Shown: positions 50,238-63,788, numbered from the whole stretch's first letter. The stretch: DNA of 63,788 nucleotides, filler included, from Reclinomonas americana ATCC 50394 (GCA_048213135.1; 6 parts of 2 records of this genome joined end to end with filler, not necessarily neighbours in it); one strand, 5' to 3'. The notes: a model not told the origin generated them from the sequence alone. Program-made: numbers and translations.

Positions 50238-51216
50238 ATGGATGCCGGATCTGCGAGCGACCTGTCAGAGGTGGAGCGCCTGCGACGGGAGAACCAGCAG
50301 CTGCGCGAGACAATCGACAGGATGATGGAGGAGCACAAGTTGCTTGAGCGCGAGGTGATGAGGCGCGCTGAGGAGACTGTGAGAATGGCATGTGCAGACG
50401 TGGAGAGTCGAGTTCGTGCGGAGGTGGATGTTGCGGTGCCCAGAATGCTGCAGAAAGAGATGGAGGCGCTCCGCTGTGCACGGGAGGAGGTGCGTGTGAG
50501 TGCCGAGTCTTTGGCGACAGCATGGTTTACGAACCTCAACAGGTGCGTGGCAGGCGAACGTCATGGCCGATCGCGTTGCTGCGCTGAGTGACGAACTCAA
50601 GCGGGCTCGTGAGGAGAACGTGCGGCTGGAGGTGGAGCACGAGCGTCGTCTGGAGCAGGTGCGCAAGGAGACAAAGGACGAGATCGCGCTGGTGACTATG
50701 CGTGAAGAAATGCTTCTGGCTGGCGGTGCTACCTTGGTGCGTGTAGCGAACGCGGAGAAGATGCGAAGTCAAGTTGCTCTTCGATCTGTACAGCAAGAGA
50801 AGGACGATCTTCTTGCTGCGGTGGCGAGCATTCTTCGGCCGTCGGCCGAAAAGCTGGCCGCGGACGAGGCGGCAAAAAAGAAGTTGGAGGAGTCGAAACA
50901 ACGTGCGTTCGCCGCAGCAGAAAGTGCACGGCGCATGCGAGAAGCCGTCGATGCAGACGCAGAACGGCGACGGGAGCAGTTGCGAATTGCTTCAGCTGCA
51001 CGCGCTGAACGCGCTGAAAAGCTGGCGAGGATCAGCGAACTAAGTGCCCATCCGTGGAGCACTGGCCGAGGAAGGTCGACCGATGGCGAAGACCGCGCAC
51101 AGACGACGGCAAGGCCAGGCGCCACTGACGGATCCGAAGTTGTGGATGTGGCACCGTCCGATCGCGAAGCGCCTCCGGATCTGGATCCGGCAAACCCGCA
51201 GGATGCGACCGATTGA
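50238..51216 (+). CDS. Coiled-coil hypothetical protein, 2 exons (intron ~50490-50553)
   Basis: Two overlapping Glu/Arg/Ala-rich ORFs joined in phase 0 by GTGCGT...tggcAG. Confidence 0.7.
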
Positions 51217-51749
51217 GACAGGATTCCTCGCAGTTGTTGTAAAGAGCGATGTGTTGCATATAGAATTCATAGAGCAATGCAGCAACATCGACTAGATAGG
51301 GTGTATGCATGTCAAAGATCTTGATCATGAGCGAACGTCACAGAAACCAGTACCGAACACGCTGGTTTCACATCTCTTCTGCGGCTGCTACTGCGGTCCG
51401 GAAGAGAGACTCAAGAGATGATTGTGCCTGATATGCATTTCGCTTGCATTGCCATGCAAAGCCGGCCATGATTGTGGTGTCCGTTTGTCATGCATTGAAC
51501 GTCGCGTCCGTTTCAAACCAAATCAACGAGGGAGAGAGGAGAGTGGAGAGAGTGTGTGTCTGTGACAATGTTGGCCGCAGCAGCAGCAGCAGCAGAGAGC
51601 AGCGCAGCAGGAGGAGGAGGTGGTGAGAAATCCAGTGGACGTCGCGTGATTGACAGACGCGCTGTTGGTGAGCAATCAAACCTCACATTCACAACACGAT
51701 CTCTGTCTCTCACACTCACACTCACACACACTCTTATATTGTGTTTGTG

Positions 51750-51957
51750 ATGAGCACAGTGGCGCGACTTGAGGCGCGCAGGGCGGCGGACATTGAAAAG
51801 TTCAAAAAGCTGGGCGCGGAGAGGAGGTCGCAGGTGCAGGCCAAGCTCAAAGAGAAGAGTGAGTTGGGAGGAAGGGAGAGAGAGGAGGGGGGAGGGGGAG
51901 AGGGAAGGGGGAGAATGGGAGGAGTCGTGATCTACGTGTCGGACAACTAGAGGGAGA

Positions 51958-52026
<69 letters not shown>

Positions 52027-53824
52027 GAGTAGTAGTAGTAGAGAGAGTAGAGAGAGAGAGAGAGAGAGAACGAGGAAGGAGGCAACCTGATTGTGAGAGG
52101 ATGACATTCTGTGACGAGATGCAGCACAGCAATTGCGGCTGGGATATCGAAGCAGAGATATATAAGGATGGAGAGACAGAAGAAGCAGAAGGAAAGGAAG
52201 AAGACGAGGAGGGAGAACATGTCGAAAGCGGTTGGACTGAGTGAGAGGATGACTGACGAAGAAGCGATTGGGTCACTCTCTGCCGCAGATTCCGAGTTGT
52301 CGCTGGAGGGCGAAGCGCTGGCTCTCCAACGATCGAGTGTTGCGAGGTTGGTGACACCCACGCACCCTGCATGCGAATACGTTCATGCTCACCATCGCCT
52401 GCGCAGTGGATCACGGACTCGCAATCGCAGCTCCTCTACGTCGGCAATCGACCGCCACTCGTCGGCTGCTGCTGCTGCCGCACCACCAGTTGTGTCGCAT
52501 GTGGTGGTGGAGCCTGCCGATCCGGCACTGCGGGCGGCGGCTCGCGATCGGCAACGATTGCAACGGGAGATGGTGCAGCGGGTGCAGCGCAACGCGCACG
52601 CCAAAGCCAACGGACATGCGCGACACGCGCTTGGAGGGGGAATGGGAGGGCGAGCTCGATCGCATGATGACGAGTTGCGTGTCTTGCGCAGGCCAGCTGA
52701 CCTAGAAGTTTCGCTTCTCATCATAGCACAGGGACGAGGATTTGAGAATGGCTATTGCCATGTCGCTGGGTGAGGATGTGGGTGTGCAGCCTCGCAGGGC
52801 CGCCGCCGCCGCCGCGGTGGCAAGACCGAGAGCTCCCATGAGCTACGAAGAACAAATGGCGATGGGTGAGGTTTTCTGTGATGAGCGGGAGTTTTCTGCC
52901 CTTTGGATCTTGCAGGCATCATTGCCGACCGGGATTGCTTCCTTCTCATTCCTTTCTCCGACATGTACTTCTTTTCAATCTCTGCGGTGCATTCGTTATC
53001 GGTATTTTGTTCACGGAGCTGCGTGCTGATGTATCACTGCCTTGTTTCCTACTTGCTGCTGGAGCGGCGCTATTTGATCTGGAGTGTGGATACCTGATCT
53101 ATCTCTGTCTCGCTTCCACTCTCTGCTGCTCTGTGCTCTTTGATATGGATGCCAGGAGACCTCACGCGCAGTGTGTTTGTTACATAGCACTGTCTTGTGT
53201 TCTGCTCGCTACTGTTTGTTCCCTGCTCTTTGATCTGGTGTCATGTGCTCCTGATCTACCACTGCCTTGCTTCCTGCTGTCTGTGCTCGCCAGTTTGCTT
53301 CGGAAGATCTGCAACTGTCAGCGCCCCCCTCATGCCGTGCTCTGTCATCTCCCCCCTTTACTCTTCTCTCCCTCCGTCGATCTCCTGACTGTCGATCTTT
53401 CTGCGTGAAGCCGTGCTCTACCGCTCTCTGTATCTGCGCTCACTCACCCGTCCCTCCACCCGCTTCCCCACAGCCATGGCCGCGAGTCTCGCCGACAGCA
53501 GCGTACCTCCCGACGCTCAAATCGAATGCACATACGAGAATCTGCTGGAGCTGGAGGATGTCAAGGTTATTTAGCAGCAGCCAGCTCCCTCTCTCTCTCT
53601 CCCGATACTCACTCTCGATATGCAGGTGGGCGTGCCAGCAGAGATCATAGAGTTGCTGCTCACGGACAGGTACGGGAAGCACATGGAGGTGGAGACGCAT
53701 GGAGAGCCGTTGCGTGATGTGTCTCTGGCACGTCGTTCTCACCGCAGTGCTCACGGCGCGGACACAGATGTGCCGTGTGCATGTGTGAGTACGAGGACGG
53801 CGACGAGATGCGGCAATTGCCATG
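51750..53824 (+). CDS. UIM-containing RING-H2-type E3 ubiquitin ligase, truncated by gap
   Basis: Two UIM-like motifs (EDEDLRMAIAMSL; YEEQMAM|AMAASL, split by an intron), the pre-RING motif YENLLELEDVKVG, and RING start CAVCMCEYEDGDEMRQLP. Confidence 0.85.
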
Positions 53825-53975
53825 NNNNNNNNNNNNNNNNNNNNNNNNNNNNNNNNNNNNNNNNNNNNTTAATTAATTAANNNNNNNNNNNNNNNNNNNN
53901 NNNNNNNNNNNNNNNNNNNNNNNNATGTGTGTGAGAGGGTGGGGAACATGGAGAGGGAGGCGAGGGAAGACTCAC

Positions 53976-56900
53976 CTCGTCGGGCGCGAAATTGGCCTTG
54001 AGCAGCGCTTCGCGTGCCTGATGCAGCTTCTGCATGAAAATCTCCTTGATGGAGCTAACGTGTGCACGAGCCGCCGCCATGCGTGTCTCGGCCATCTTGT
54101 AGATCTTGTTGGCTCTCTCCATGGTCTTCTCATGCTGATTCAACAGGAAGCTGCGAGTGCAGCGAGTGAGTGGCTGCGTGGGAAGACGGAACGAGGGAAT
54201 GAATAGTGACGTACGTCGTCACTCCGGCGTTGTTCTCGTTAAAGTCGGTGACACTTTGTGCGGCCATGGACTGCACTGTGCTCATCCGACGGCTGCCCTT
54301 GCGGCTCAGCGGCGAGTCCGACGATTTGTTGCTCCCTNNNNNNNNNNNNNNNNNNNNNNNNNNNNNNNNNNNNNNNNNNNNNNNNNNNNNNNNNNNNNNN
54401 NNNNNNNNNNNNNNNNNNNNNNNNNNNNNNNNNNNNNNNNNNNNNNNNNNNNNNNNNNNNNNNNNNNNNNNNNNNNNNNNNNNNNNNNNNNNNNNNNNNN
54501 NNNNNNNNNNNNNNNNNNNNNNNNNNNNNNNNNNNNNNNNNNNNNNNNNNNNNNNNNNNNNNNNNNNNNNNNNNNNNNNNNNNNNNNNNNNNNNNNNNNN
54601 NNNNNNNNNNNNNNNNNNNNNNNNNNNNNNNNNNNNNNNNNNNNNNNNNNNNNNNNNNNNNNNNNNNNNNNNNNNNNNNNNNNNNNNNNNNNNNNNNNNN
54701 NNNNNNNNNNNNNACCCCCGTGACATTTTTCAACCAGTGAGCAGATGTGGACTGGTTAAACAGACACGGCCTCACACCGCCGTACCTGCAGGACTGCCGG
54801 GCAAAGGTTTGGCCATCGACATGCGGCGAGCGTGCGTCTTGGGGGCCGTATCTGTCGGTGTAGGTGCGTTGAGTTTTGCGAGCGACGACAAGAAACAAGA
54901 AGATGATGATGATCAGAAATCACCTTCGGCGGTGAGCGTGTCGGATGACTTGCGTGGAGGTTGCGTACCGGCTGTGAAGTAAAAAAAAGACATGAGACTT
55001 TCGCATACACCACTCGCTCAGTCGTTTGAAAGCAACTCCTGGAGGTCGGCGTCGACACCTGAGCAGGCAGCGCGTCGATGCTCTGCGACATGCGACGGCG
55101 GCTTGAACGACGGGGCAATGGGGAGTCGAATTCCTCCTCCAATCCCGCCACCGACAAGCGGTACGACCGTCGACCCGCCTTCACATCATGTTCGCTCTGC
55201 CGTTTCGTCCCCAACGCTGTCGTCATTTCCTCACGAATGGTGTCCAGCTGTGCCGCGTGCTCGGCTTTGAGCGCCTCCAGTTGTTCCTTCGCTCGCGCAG
55301 CCTCCTCCTCGTACATTCGCATCTCCTGTGCCGTGGTGAAATACATAGTGTCAGCGCCTGTAGCGTGGGAGTGAGGCACGAGTTGCAAGTCACGCACCTT
55401 GCGCTGGACGGCTGTCTGTCGCACGAGTTCCATCTCGAACTCTTTCTTGGCTGCCAGCAGCTGGTTGCGCTCGCGATTGGAGCCGCGCTCCAGCTCCTCC
55501 TTCAGTTGCTTGATTTCAATCTCCATTTCCTGGAAGAGAATGGGGAGGGAAGGCGTCAGTGGAAATGGAGGGTTGCCAAAGAAGTGCAACAGACAATGGA
55601 TTTCTCAAAGAGAAAGGGGAGAGAAAGCGTGAGTGTAAATGGAAAAGGACGCGAGTGATGCCAAAGGAATGCTGCACATGAGTGATTTCTCAAAGAAAAG
55701 GGGGAAAGAAGGCGTGAGTGAGTGTAAATGGAAAAGGACGCGAGTGATGCCAAATGAAGTGCAACAGATAATTGATTTCTCAAAGAAAATGGGGAGTGCA
55801 GGCGTGGGTGGAAACGGAAAAGGACGGGAATCTCGCCAATGGAGTGCAGGAGATAATTTGATTTCTCTGTGCACTGCAAACAATAATCCACACTGCTCTC
55901 TCACGCACACTCTCTCACGCTCACAGACAGACACACTCACTTGCGCAGACAAAAGTGTCCTCCCCTACCCTCAATCCCACTCTCCCTCTCTCTCTTTACA
56001 CAATTACGCACCATTTCCTTCTTGCGAATATTGACACGCATTTCGATACGGTCGTGCTGACTGGTGGTACGAAGCTCCTGCTTCTGCTTCTCAAAGTTGC
56101 TCTCCATTTCCTGTGCGTACAAGAGTGAGTGAGGCGGAGTAAGGTGCACACGCAAGTTGCTCTCCACGCAACCGTGATCAGCGTCTGCGTTTTCAGACTC
56201 TCGCGGTTGTGACGCTCGCGTTCCTGTGCACTGACCACTCGCAGCTTTTGCAGCTCACTGATGGCGCACAGTGATATGTGAGAAGGCACACGAGAGAATT
56301 CACAGCTCCTTTTCGCAACACGCAACATTTGGAGTCGCTCCGCTTCCTTCTTCCAGAATCGCACCTGCTCATCGCCCTCTTCCGACTCGGCAGCATCCAG
56401 TGAGTCGGTGGCTGCCAGCGGCCACATATCGTCGCCGCCCTCACCCGTGGTATCGGGTGTCGAAGGGAAAGCGATGCTGGCCACCATATTCATGGCCTTG
56501 ACCATGACGGTCTGCGAGCGTAGTTGACGAATTTCTTCGCGCGCTTCGCGCAGTTTCACGCGCAGCCCCTCGGACCACTCTTCCACTTCGTGCAACTTGT
56601 GAATGACCACCATTTTCTCTCTGCGCGGACGAGAAAGTGAGTGAGTGGAATTAGAATCCAGGGTGCGCTCATTCACACGCAACTCTTCCTTTTGTTGGAG
56701 TTCCCGGTGGTTGCGCTTTCGCAGGCGCTCGAACTCGGCCTGATACCGCACCGTCAAGTTGTTCACAAGACCGAGTTCAATCACTGCGGCCTGCGCGTGT
56801 TCCACGTCCGGGTTCACAAACGCCTGGTCCTCGGGAATCGTTGCGCCGTCCTTGTGCAACACCTGTCGACTGAAGTCGTACGTCTCGCGTGCCACATCCT

Positions 56901-59333
56901 CCACCAACTCTGCAAGTGTGGACATGCAGTCGATGAGAAAGAGAAGAGAGATAAAAAAAGGTGTGTTCGTGGCGACAATATCGATTGTACGCACGCATCC
57001 AGTCAAAGGGATCGTAGAACTCGGGTTCTGGCAAATCGCGGCCCGTGGACTTGAAGGTGAGTCGCACCAGCTGCTCACGCAAATGTACGACCTCCTTGTA
57101 CAGTGACGAGCGCAGCGTCTCAATGCACTTGGCGCGCACGCGGCTGTGGTGCTCCATGCGGACAATCTTCTCTTGCAGACTCGTCACCTGGCGCGTTCGT
57201 TCGTGCAGCTGTTGTCGCAGGTGCGAGTACGTCTGAATGCTGTCGGCAATGTCACCCTTGATGTCCGCGGCCTGTGGGAGTGATGGGGGAGCAATAGGGA
57301 GAGGGAGAAAGTGAGGGACTGACAGAAGGCGAGACTGAGAAAGAGAGATAAATACAGGAAGAACAGAGAGCAGAGAGGAGAACAGAAGAGTGGGAAGGGA
57401 GGAAGAACGGAACCCAGAAGTGAAAGGGCGAGAGTGCGAGGCGGAAAGTGGCACAATGCAAAGCAGGCTGAGTGCGTAACACAAGGTTGAGAAACAAGGC
57501 AGCGAAGGCAGATGCGAGGTAGTTTCAACATGGAGGAGAAGACAGAGCACACACGCACACACACATACACACAGAGATAGGAGAATGGAAAACAAAGTGA
57601 AGTGGTGATAACATAACAAGGCAGAAGTGAAACGGGAAGCGATGAAATAACACCAGAGGAGAGATCAAAGCACAAAAAACAAAACAAGGCAGGTGGAGCA
57701 GCAACAGATAAGTAGTTCGAGCGCAGACATGAAAGAGAGGAGGTGATACGACTTGCGCTGCGTGCACAGAGCAACGCGGAAAAACAAAAGAAGAATGCTG
57801 AATGCAAAGGTAGCAGGTACTTCGAAAAGGAACGCCAAGGGTTGAGGCGTGAAGCTTACAAGCAAGACGAGCAACAAAGCCGCACAAGCAAATGAAGACA
57901 CATGAGTGACAGTAAAAACACGCCTTGCCGACTCTCTCTCTCTCTCNNNNNNNNNNNNNNNNNNNNTCGCACGTGTGTGAGAGGCTACAAGTTGTGCTCC
58001 ATGTACAACACGAATGACGGCGCGCAACTGCCACGTATTTGGAGTCGCCAGCAGGTGCCGGCACATGCGGCGTCTCGTTCGGTTCAGCGAGGCACAGTAG
58101 TCGTCGAGCATAACGGCACAGGTCCTCGGAGACCTCTCGCAGCGCACGCGAAACAGAGACGCGCATTGATGGGTCGATGGGTTTCGACATGGCCTCCTCC
58201 ATCAGCGCCAGCAGTCCGGCCTCCGCAAAGTGCTTCTCCGCCAGCAGCATCGGGTGCTCCGGTGACGGTGGCGCTTCTCGTGCCTCACCCTCGCGGGAGG
58301 CAACACTCACTGAGCCGCGGGAGGCTGCATTGCGGAAAATGTAAGGAACTGACACGATTCGCTGACGAACACTCAAACAGTACCTTTTCTGCTGCTACCA
58401 TTGCCGCCACCGCGCTTGTCTCCTTTCCGTGGTCCTTCGACTCGGATGGTGGCCGGCGCAGTTCGCGGTCTCTCCGGCGCATCAGAAGCGGCAACTTTCA
58501 GTAATGATGATGGTGGTGGTGCTGCTGCTGCTGCTGAAGGCGGAATAGAGAGCAGTGGCGCGACGCTCGGCTGTGGTCCTCTCGGCGGCGTCTTGACACT
58601 GGCGGGTGCGATTCCACTCCACTGCGTCTGCTGAGGCTGCGCGTCACGCCATGGCGAGTGGCGCAGTCGATCGACGAGTGCCTCGCGCTGCAGTCCCTCT
58701 CGCCTCCGCTCGGCACTGTCCGGTCGCGGCGAACCAACGTGCATGGGGGTGGTGGAGGCGAGGCTGGCGGAGAGCGGGCGGTTGTTGAAGGGTGGATGGT
58801 CCGGGAGGAAGGGACTCACTGGGGTGGTGGGAGAGGGGAGGAGAGGGGAAGGAGGTGAGGAGAAGCGAGATGGAAAGGAGAGGAGAGGAGAGGAGAGAAA
58901 GAGAGAGAGAGGGAGGAGTGGGAGAAGAGGAGCTTTCCATACACCATGCGCTGTGCTTCCAGCCGTCCTCACAACCACTCGCGCACACACGCATCACATA
59001 AAGAGAGAGAGATGGCAGTCTCCTCTAGTCTCTCCACGAGTGACACCTTGGGTGTCGCACTCTCTGTGCGTGTGCACGTGTTCGGATTCATCTCCTCTCA
59101 CCTCTCGACATCTCGCCCTCATCCTGATCCGCGCTCATCACTCCGCTGACGCCCACCACACTCAACGCCGGCACCTCCTCCCTCTGCACCCCAACAATCG
59201 ATCCTGCTCGCGCCTGCGTCAGTGCCTGCACCTGGCGCCTTCTTGCCAACTCGCGCAGCTCTTCACGCGACGAGCTACCACTCCCTGTGCGTCCTGCGGG
59301 CGCCGTGGCCTCAGCGCCGACTGTGTCGCCCAT
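53976..59333 (-). CDS. Large multi-exon coiled-coil hypothetical protein, 3' end lost in gap
   Basis: In-phase exons from MGDTVGAEAT through ..IETLRSSLYKEVVHLREQL.., EMEIEIKQLKEELE.. and EKTMERANKIYKMAE.., with GT-AG junctions. Confidence 0.65.
55550..55870. repeat. ~100-bp degenerate tandem repeat in an intron
   Basis: gatttctcaaag/gaaa, gtgtaaatggaaaaggacgcgagtgatgccaaa and gaagtgcaacaga blocks recur 2-3 times. Confidence 0.75.
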
Positions 59334-59446
59334 GTCGCTGATGTTCTCTCGTCAAACACCCCAAAATCAACGGCCTTGAAATTTCAACTGGTTGCTTGTA
59401 TCTCACCAATTTCCGAGAAATAGTCAAGTAAGAGAAGGAGGAGAAC

Positions 59447-59478
<32 letters not shown>

Positions 59479-59503
59479 TAGGAAGAGAAGGAGGGTACGA
59501 AGA

Positions 59504-60543
59504 AATGGCGAGAAGAGGAGGGAGTGTGAGTGGTGTGAAGCGTGGAGAGAGGAGTAATGTCATCAGCAGGTGGATGGTGTGGACGTTTCTCGAGTGGACG
59601 TGAAGGGCGAGTGANNNNNNNNNNNNNNNNNNNNNNNNNNNNNNNNNNNNNNNNNNNNNNNNNNNNNNNNNNNNNNNNNNNNNNNNNNNNNNNNNNNNNN
59701 NNNNNNNNNNNNNNNNNNNNNNNNNNNNNNNNNNNNNNNNNNNNNNNNNNNNNNNNNNNNNNNNNNNNNNNNNNNNNNNNNNNNNNNNNNNNNNNNNNNN
59801 NNNNNNNNNNNNNNNNNNNNNNNNNNNNNNNNNNNNNNNNNNNNNNNNNNNNNNNNNNNNNNNNNNNNNNNNNNNNNNNNNNNNNNNNNNNNNNNNNNNN
59901 NNNNNNNNNNNNNNNNNNNNNNNNNNNNNNNNNNNNNNNNNNNNNNNNNNNNNNNNNNNNNNNNNNNNNNNNNNNNNNNNNNNNNNNNNNNNNNNNNNNN
60001 NNNNNNNNNNNNNNNNNNNNNNNNNNNNNNNNNNNNNNNNNNNNNNNNNNNNNNNNNNNNNNNNNNNNNNNNNNNNNNNNNNNNNNNNNNNNNNNNNNNN
60101 NNNNNNNNNNNNNNNNNNNNNNNNNNNNNNNNNNNNNNNNNNNNNNNNNNNNNNNNNNNNNNNNNNNNNNNNNNNNNNNNNNNNNNNNNNNNNNNNNNNN
60201 NNNNNNNNNNNNNNNNNNNNNNNNNNNNNNNNNNNNNNGGAGAGCTGTGTGACACGGGATGCTGCTAAAGGTGTGTGAGAAGGTGATCTCTCTCTCTCTC
60301 TTGCGTTTCTCTTTTCGTTGGTGTATGGAAGAGATTGGTGAAGAGGGAAGAAAGAGAACAGCGTAGGGGAGAGAGAGAGAGAGAGAATGGAAGGGGGGAG
60401 ATCATTTCTTGCCGCTGTTGTTGTTGATGTTTGTCGTCGATCTTCTTCTTCTTCTTCTTGTCGTCGTCGTCGTTGTTCTTCTTCTTCTTCTTCTTCTTCT
60501 TCTTCTTCTTCTTCTTCTTCTTNNNNNNNNNNNNNNNNNNNNG

Positions 60544-60584
<41 letters not shown>

Positions 60585-61917
60585 GATGTTGATGTTGTCA
60601 TCGTTGGCGAGCTGTGTCCAATGACAAGGACGGTGCGAGTCATAGGTTCTGTGGTGTGCAAGGTGCAAGGTGTGAGGCATCAAGCCGAGATATGTCAACA
60701 CGTCGGTGGAGATCTGATCAGCTCGAGAAGAAAGAGACGGATCGACAGATTCATTCCAGCTGCAGTGTATGGGCGAGGACAGTGGGCAGCCGAATGGCAG
60801 TCGAGGTTGGTGACTGGAATGATGTTGCGAGCGGATCCATGAGTTAACTGTTGTTGTTGTCTCTGCAGATCGGCGAGTGCGTTTCGATGAAAGTGCGCTT
60901 GCACTGGTTGTCAGTGCGGGCGACTCCGGCCTGTGCAAACGACGGCAACGTGCGCGACGAACTCACCCACGTGTTTGTCGCTCTCGGCGTGCACAGGCAT
61001 CGTCGGCGGTGAGTGTGAGTGTGCAGAGAGAGCGTTATGTAAATTCTGTTGCGCGTGCGTTTCTTCAAGTTTTCTTTGTATGTGTTGTTGTTGTTGTTGC
61101 TGACGTGTCTCTCTGGTGGCCTGTGTGGTGTGTACATTCGCACAGTCGGAGGTGAGTGGTGGTGCGCTGTGTGTCGAGTGTGTTGAATTGATTGAAATCA
61201 ACGTTGTGTGTGTTTTTTTGTTTGTGTGGTTGCGTGTTTGTGCTTGGTGCACAGTTGTCCGACGAGGCGGGCGACTTGAAGGTGCGTAGAGGCAGACGTT
61301 GCTCGTGTTTGCTCTCTTCAGTCGACTTACATTGTGTCGTTGTTACACTGTGGATGCGCGCGCGCAGCTGGTGAGTTGTTCTCTGTTTGTGTGTGCGCGT
61401 GTGTGTTGTGCTTTGAACCTGACCCACGTTTCACGTGCAGGCGCTGGAGGAGTCGCGGATGGAGTTACAGAAGAAGGAGGCAGAGTACGTTGAAGCACTG
61501 AAGAAGAAGGATGTGGAGCTGGAGGAAAAGCTGCGCGCGAAGGACGCAGAGGCCGATGTGCGAGTGCTGCAAGCGGCGCTGCGTGAGAAGAACGCGGAGG
61601 CGGAGGCGCGAGCGCTGCGTGAGCAGATCATGGTTTGTGATCGGGTGTTTCATCCCTTGTGTTTGGTCGAACTGTTGACTGATCGCCCTCTCCTCTCCTT
61701 CCCCTTGTTCTTGAAACGGTAGTGCTTGTTTCTCAGCGAGCAAATGCTGGAGATGATGGCGCGCGTTTCCGAGTGTCGCTTGCGGGCTGCAGTCTTGGTG
61801 TTGCGCACGGACGAGTGGGCGGCGGCTGATCTGGCCCGCGTCGAGCGGGAGCTCCAACAGGACGAGGCCACGCTGGAGCGCTTGCGTGCTGAGCTCGACA
61901 AGCACAAGCGTGCTTGA
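59504..61917 (+). CDS. Multi-exon hypothetical protein with C-terminal coiled coil; 5' exons uncertain
   Basis: Exons ~60869-61008 (RRVRFDESALALVVSAG), 61254-61281, 61441-61632 (ALEESRMELQKKEAEY..) and a final exon ending DKHKRA* (61917), bounded by GT-AG. Confidence 0.55.
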
Positions 61918-63090
61918 GTTGATCTTCGGCAGCGAGGGCCATGAATGCACAAGCACATAACTGTGCTTGTTGTCGTTATCTGTCGATGACGACGCACCCT
62001 TTCCCGTTGTGTTCTCCCTCTTTCTGGAGATCTCTGTGTTGTGTTATTCTTTCGCGTTTCGTCAGCTCACATGTTTTCACGGGAGTGTATCTGTGCACTG
62101 TCGACGCACAACTGCAGAGAGTAACTCTTGTTGTTTTTGTGTCTGCGGCTGGCAACTGACGTCGACCGCGTACGCATCATTGGTAGCAATTTACTTTCGG
62201 TTTGGTTGTGCCCGTTGGTGGTGCTGCACACGACAAGTGGTTGGTGGAGAGACTCGAAACCCATTGTCCAGATCGCAGCGCGCGCGATCGATATCATGAT
62301 CATTCCCCATTCGTAGTCACTTGTTGACGTACTCATGTGCCTCGCCGACTTGGATCACGAGACTGAATAAAAGCGAGGCTTCTGTTTCGTGCTTCGCACA
62401 CTCCCCCTTTTCCTGGGACACTTTTCTCTCAGTGTTCACGTGATGTCTGAGTTTCTGGTGCTCACTCAAGATGGTGATCATCATGCAGCTGCTGCTGTTT
62501 GGATTAGTAAAGTTGTTGTTGTTGTTGTTGTTGTTGTCGCAAGAAACTTGGAAGCAATTGCAATGGTAACTGCGATCGCGAAACTTCGAATTCATTTGCA
62601 AACAACCTGGCGCTGCTGCAGTCGCTGGAAGGATGGTATGACTACAAGAAGAAGCACGACAACCGCCGCTTACAAATAAACCAAACAGGTGAATGACACC
62701 GGCGAACTGCTTTCGTCCTGGGTGGTTGGTGTCCCATGAAAAATTTGTCTCCGTCTTCGTACTCGAATAGTGAGCGTGAACTCGCTCGCACGCCTGTGTC
62801 TCCTTCCGTGCTCCCTGTGTGTTGCTGTGAGTCACCAGCTGTTGGGAATGTCAGTCGCTGTCCACTCTCTCGGTGGTGGCAATTGTTACACACAAAGAAT
62901 AGTGATTGGAGAAGGGAGAAGAGAAGGAGGAGGAGGNNNNNNNNNNNNNNNNNNNNNNNNNNNNNNNNNNNNNNNNNNNNNNNNNNNNNNNNNNNNNNNN
63001 NNNNNNNNNNNNNNNNNNNNNNNNNNNNNNNNNNNNNNNNNNNNNNNNNNNNNNNNNNNNNNNNNNNNNNNNNNNNNNNNNNNNNNNNNN

Positions 63091-63788
63091 CGATGTCGTC
63101 GTTTGCGCAGGCTCGAGTCGCCCGCACTGACAACCAGTGCCAGCGCACTTTCATCGAAACGCACTCGCCGATCTGTCTCACACGCACACACAAAGCACAC
63201 ACAAACAACAGTTAACGCACCGATCCACTCGCCGAATCATCCGAGTCACCGCCCTCCACTGCGTGAACCACCTGATCGCCTCGAACGTCCATCTCTTCCC
63301 AGTTGAAGAAAAACTCGATGAATTCTGTCGATCCGTCTCTTTCACCCTCACTGTCTTCTGACTCGCACAGTCATTGTCATCGGTCGCAACTCACCAGTGA
63401 TGACAACAACAACCAACAACAACAACATACAGCAGCAAAACCATGATCTGTTCTTTTCCTCTCTTCCTCCTTTCGTTATCATTCTCTTTCTTTCTCACTC
63501 TGTGCACTACCTCACCACATCTCCCTCACACACCAGAGAAACAAAAAGAGAAACGCAAGAGAGAGAGAGAGCTCTAAATCAACTTCTCACGCACCTCTCG
63601 GAATTTTCAGTTTCGCACAGCTCTCCTCACTCGCCATCACGTCCACTTGGGGAACATCCACACCATCCACTTGCCGTAATATTTTCTCCACAGTTTCTTC
63701 GCACAGCGTCGTCCACGACACATCACCGACTCCATCACTCACACATTCCTCCTCTTCTCGAGTTTCTTCGTCTGGTCCTCCTCCTCCT
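63091..63788 (-). CDS. Inverted paralog (or pseudogene) of the 59504-61917 gene, partial
   Basis: 63091-63230 is the reverse complement of ~60835-60950; 63510-63600 matches ~60265-60345; 63620-63670 matches ~59570-59614. Confidence 0.55.

Noticed and set aside
62000-62900. Possible coding remnant between the inverted paralogs
   Set aside because: Only short ORFs with no coherent exon chain or recognisable homology.
59570-63670. Terminal inverted repeats of a DNA transposon
   Set aside because: The inverted blocks are diverged exon and intron sequence, and no transposase lies between them.

Overview
Gappy draft assembly of an intron-rich, gene-dense microbial eukaryote. The organism cannot be identified from the sequence; microsatellites and N gaps are frequent, and five artificial TTAATTAATTAA spacers are present. 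From left to right the window holds: the last exon of an acyl-CoA-binding protein; a 4-exon hypothetical gene; a five-copy A-B-A-B-A tandem array of 3-exon ankyrin genes ending in an F-box/PRANC-like motif; the 5' part of RNA polymerase I subunit RPA1; a putative myristoylated hypothetical protein; a Pol I RPA34-like subunit; a CHD3/4/PICKLE-type chromatin remodeller; a very large coiled-coil/low-complexity gene; arginyltransferase ATE1; a coiled-coil gene; a UIM+RING E3 ligase; a second large coiled-coil gene; and an inverted gene duplication. The most striking observation is that about 20 introns across unrelated genes use a 5' splice site GTTGCG (also GTTGAGT and GTTGTGT). This is the local GTGCG/GTGAG consensus shifted by one base, almost always without the usual exonic -1 G. 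Also notable are an ATE1 whose CxxC...CC metal-ligand set is broken, the mosaic ankyrin array, and two Pol I subunit genes within about 4 kb. All gene models were built by hand and lack transcript evidence.
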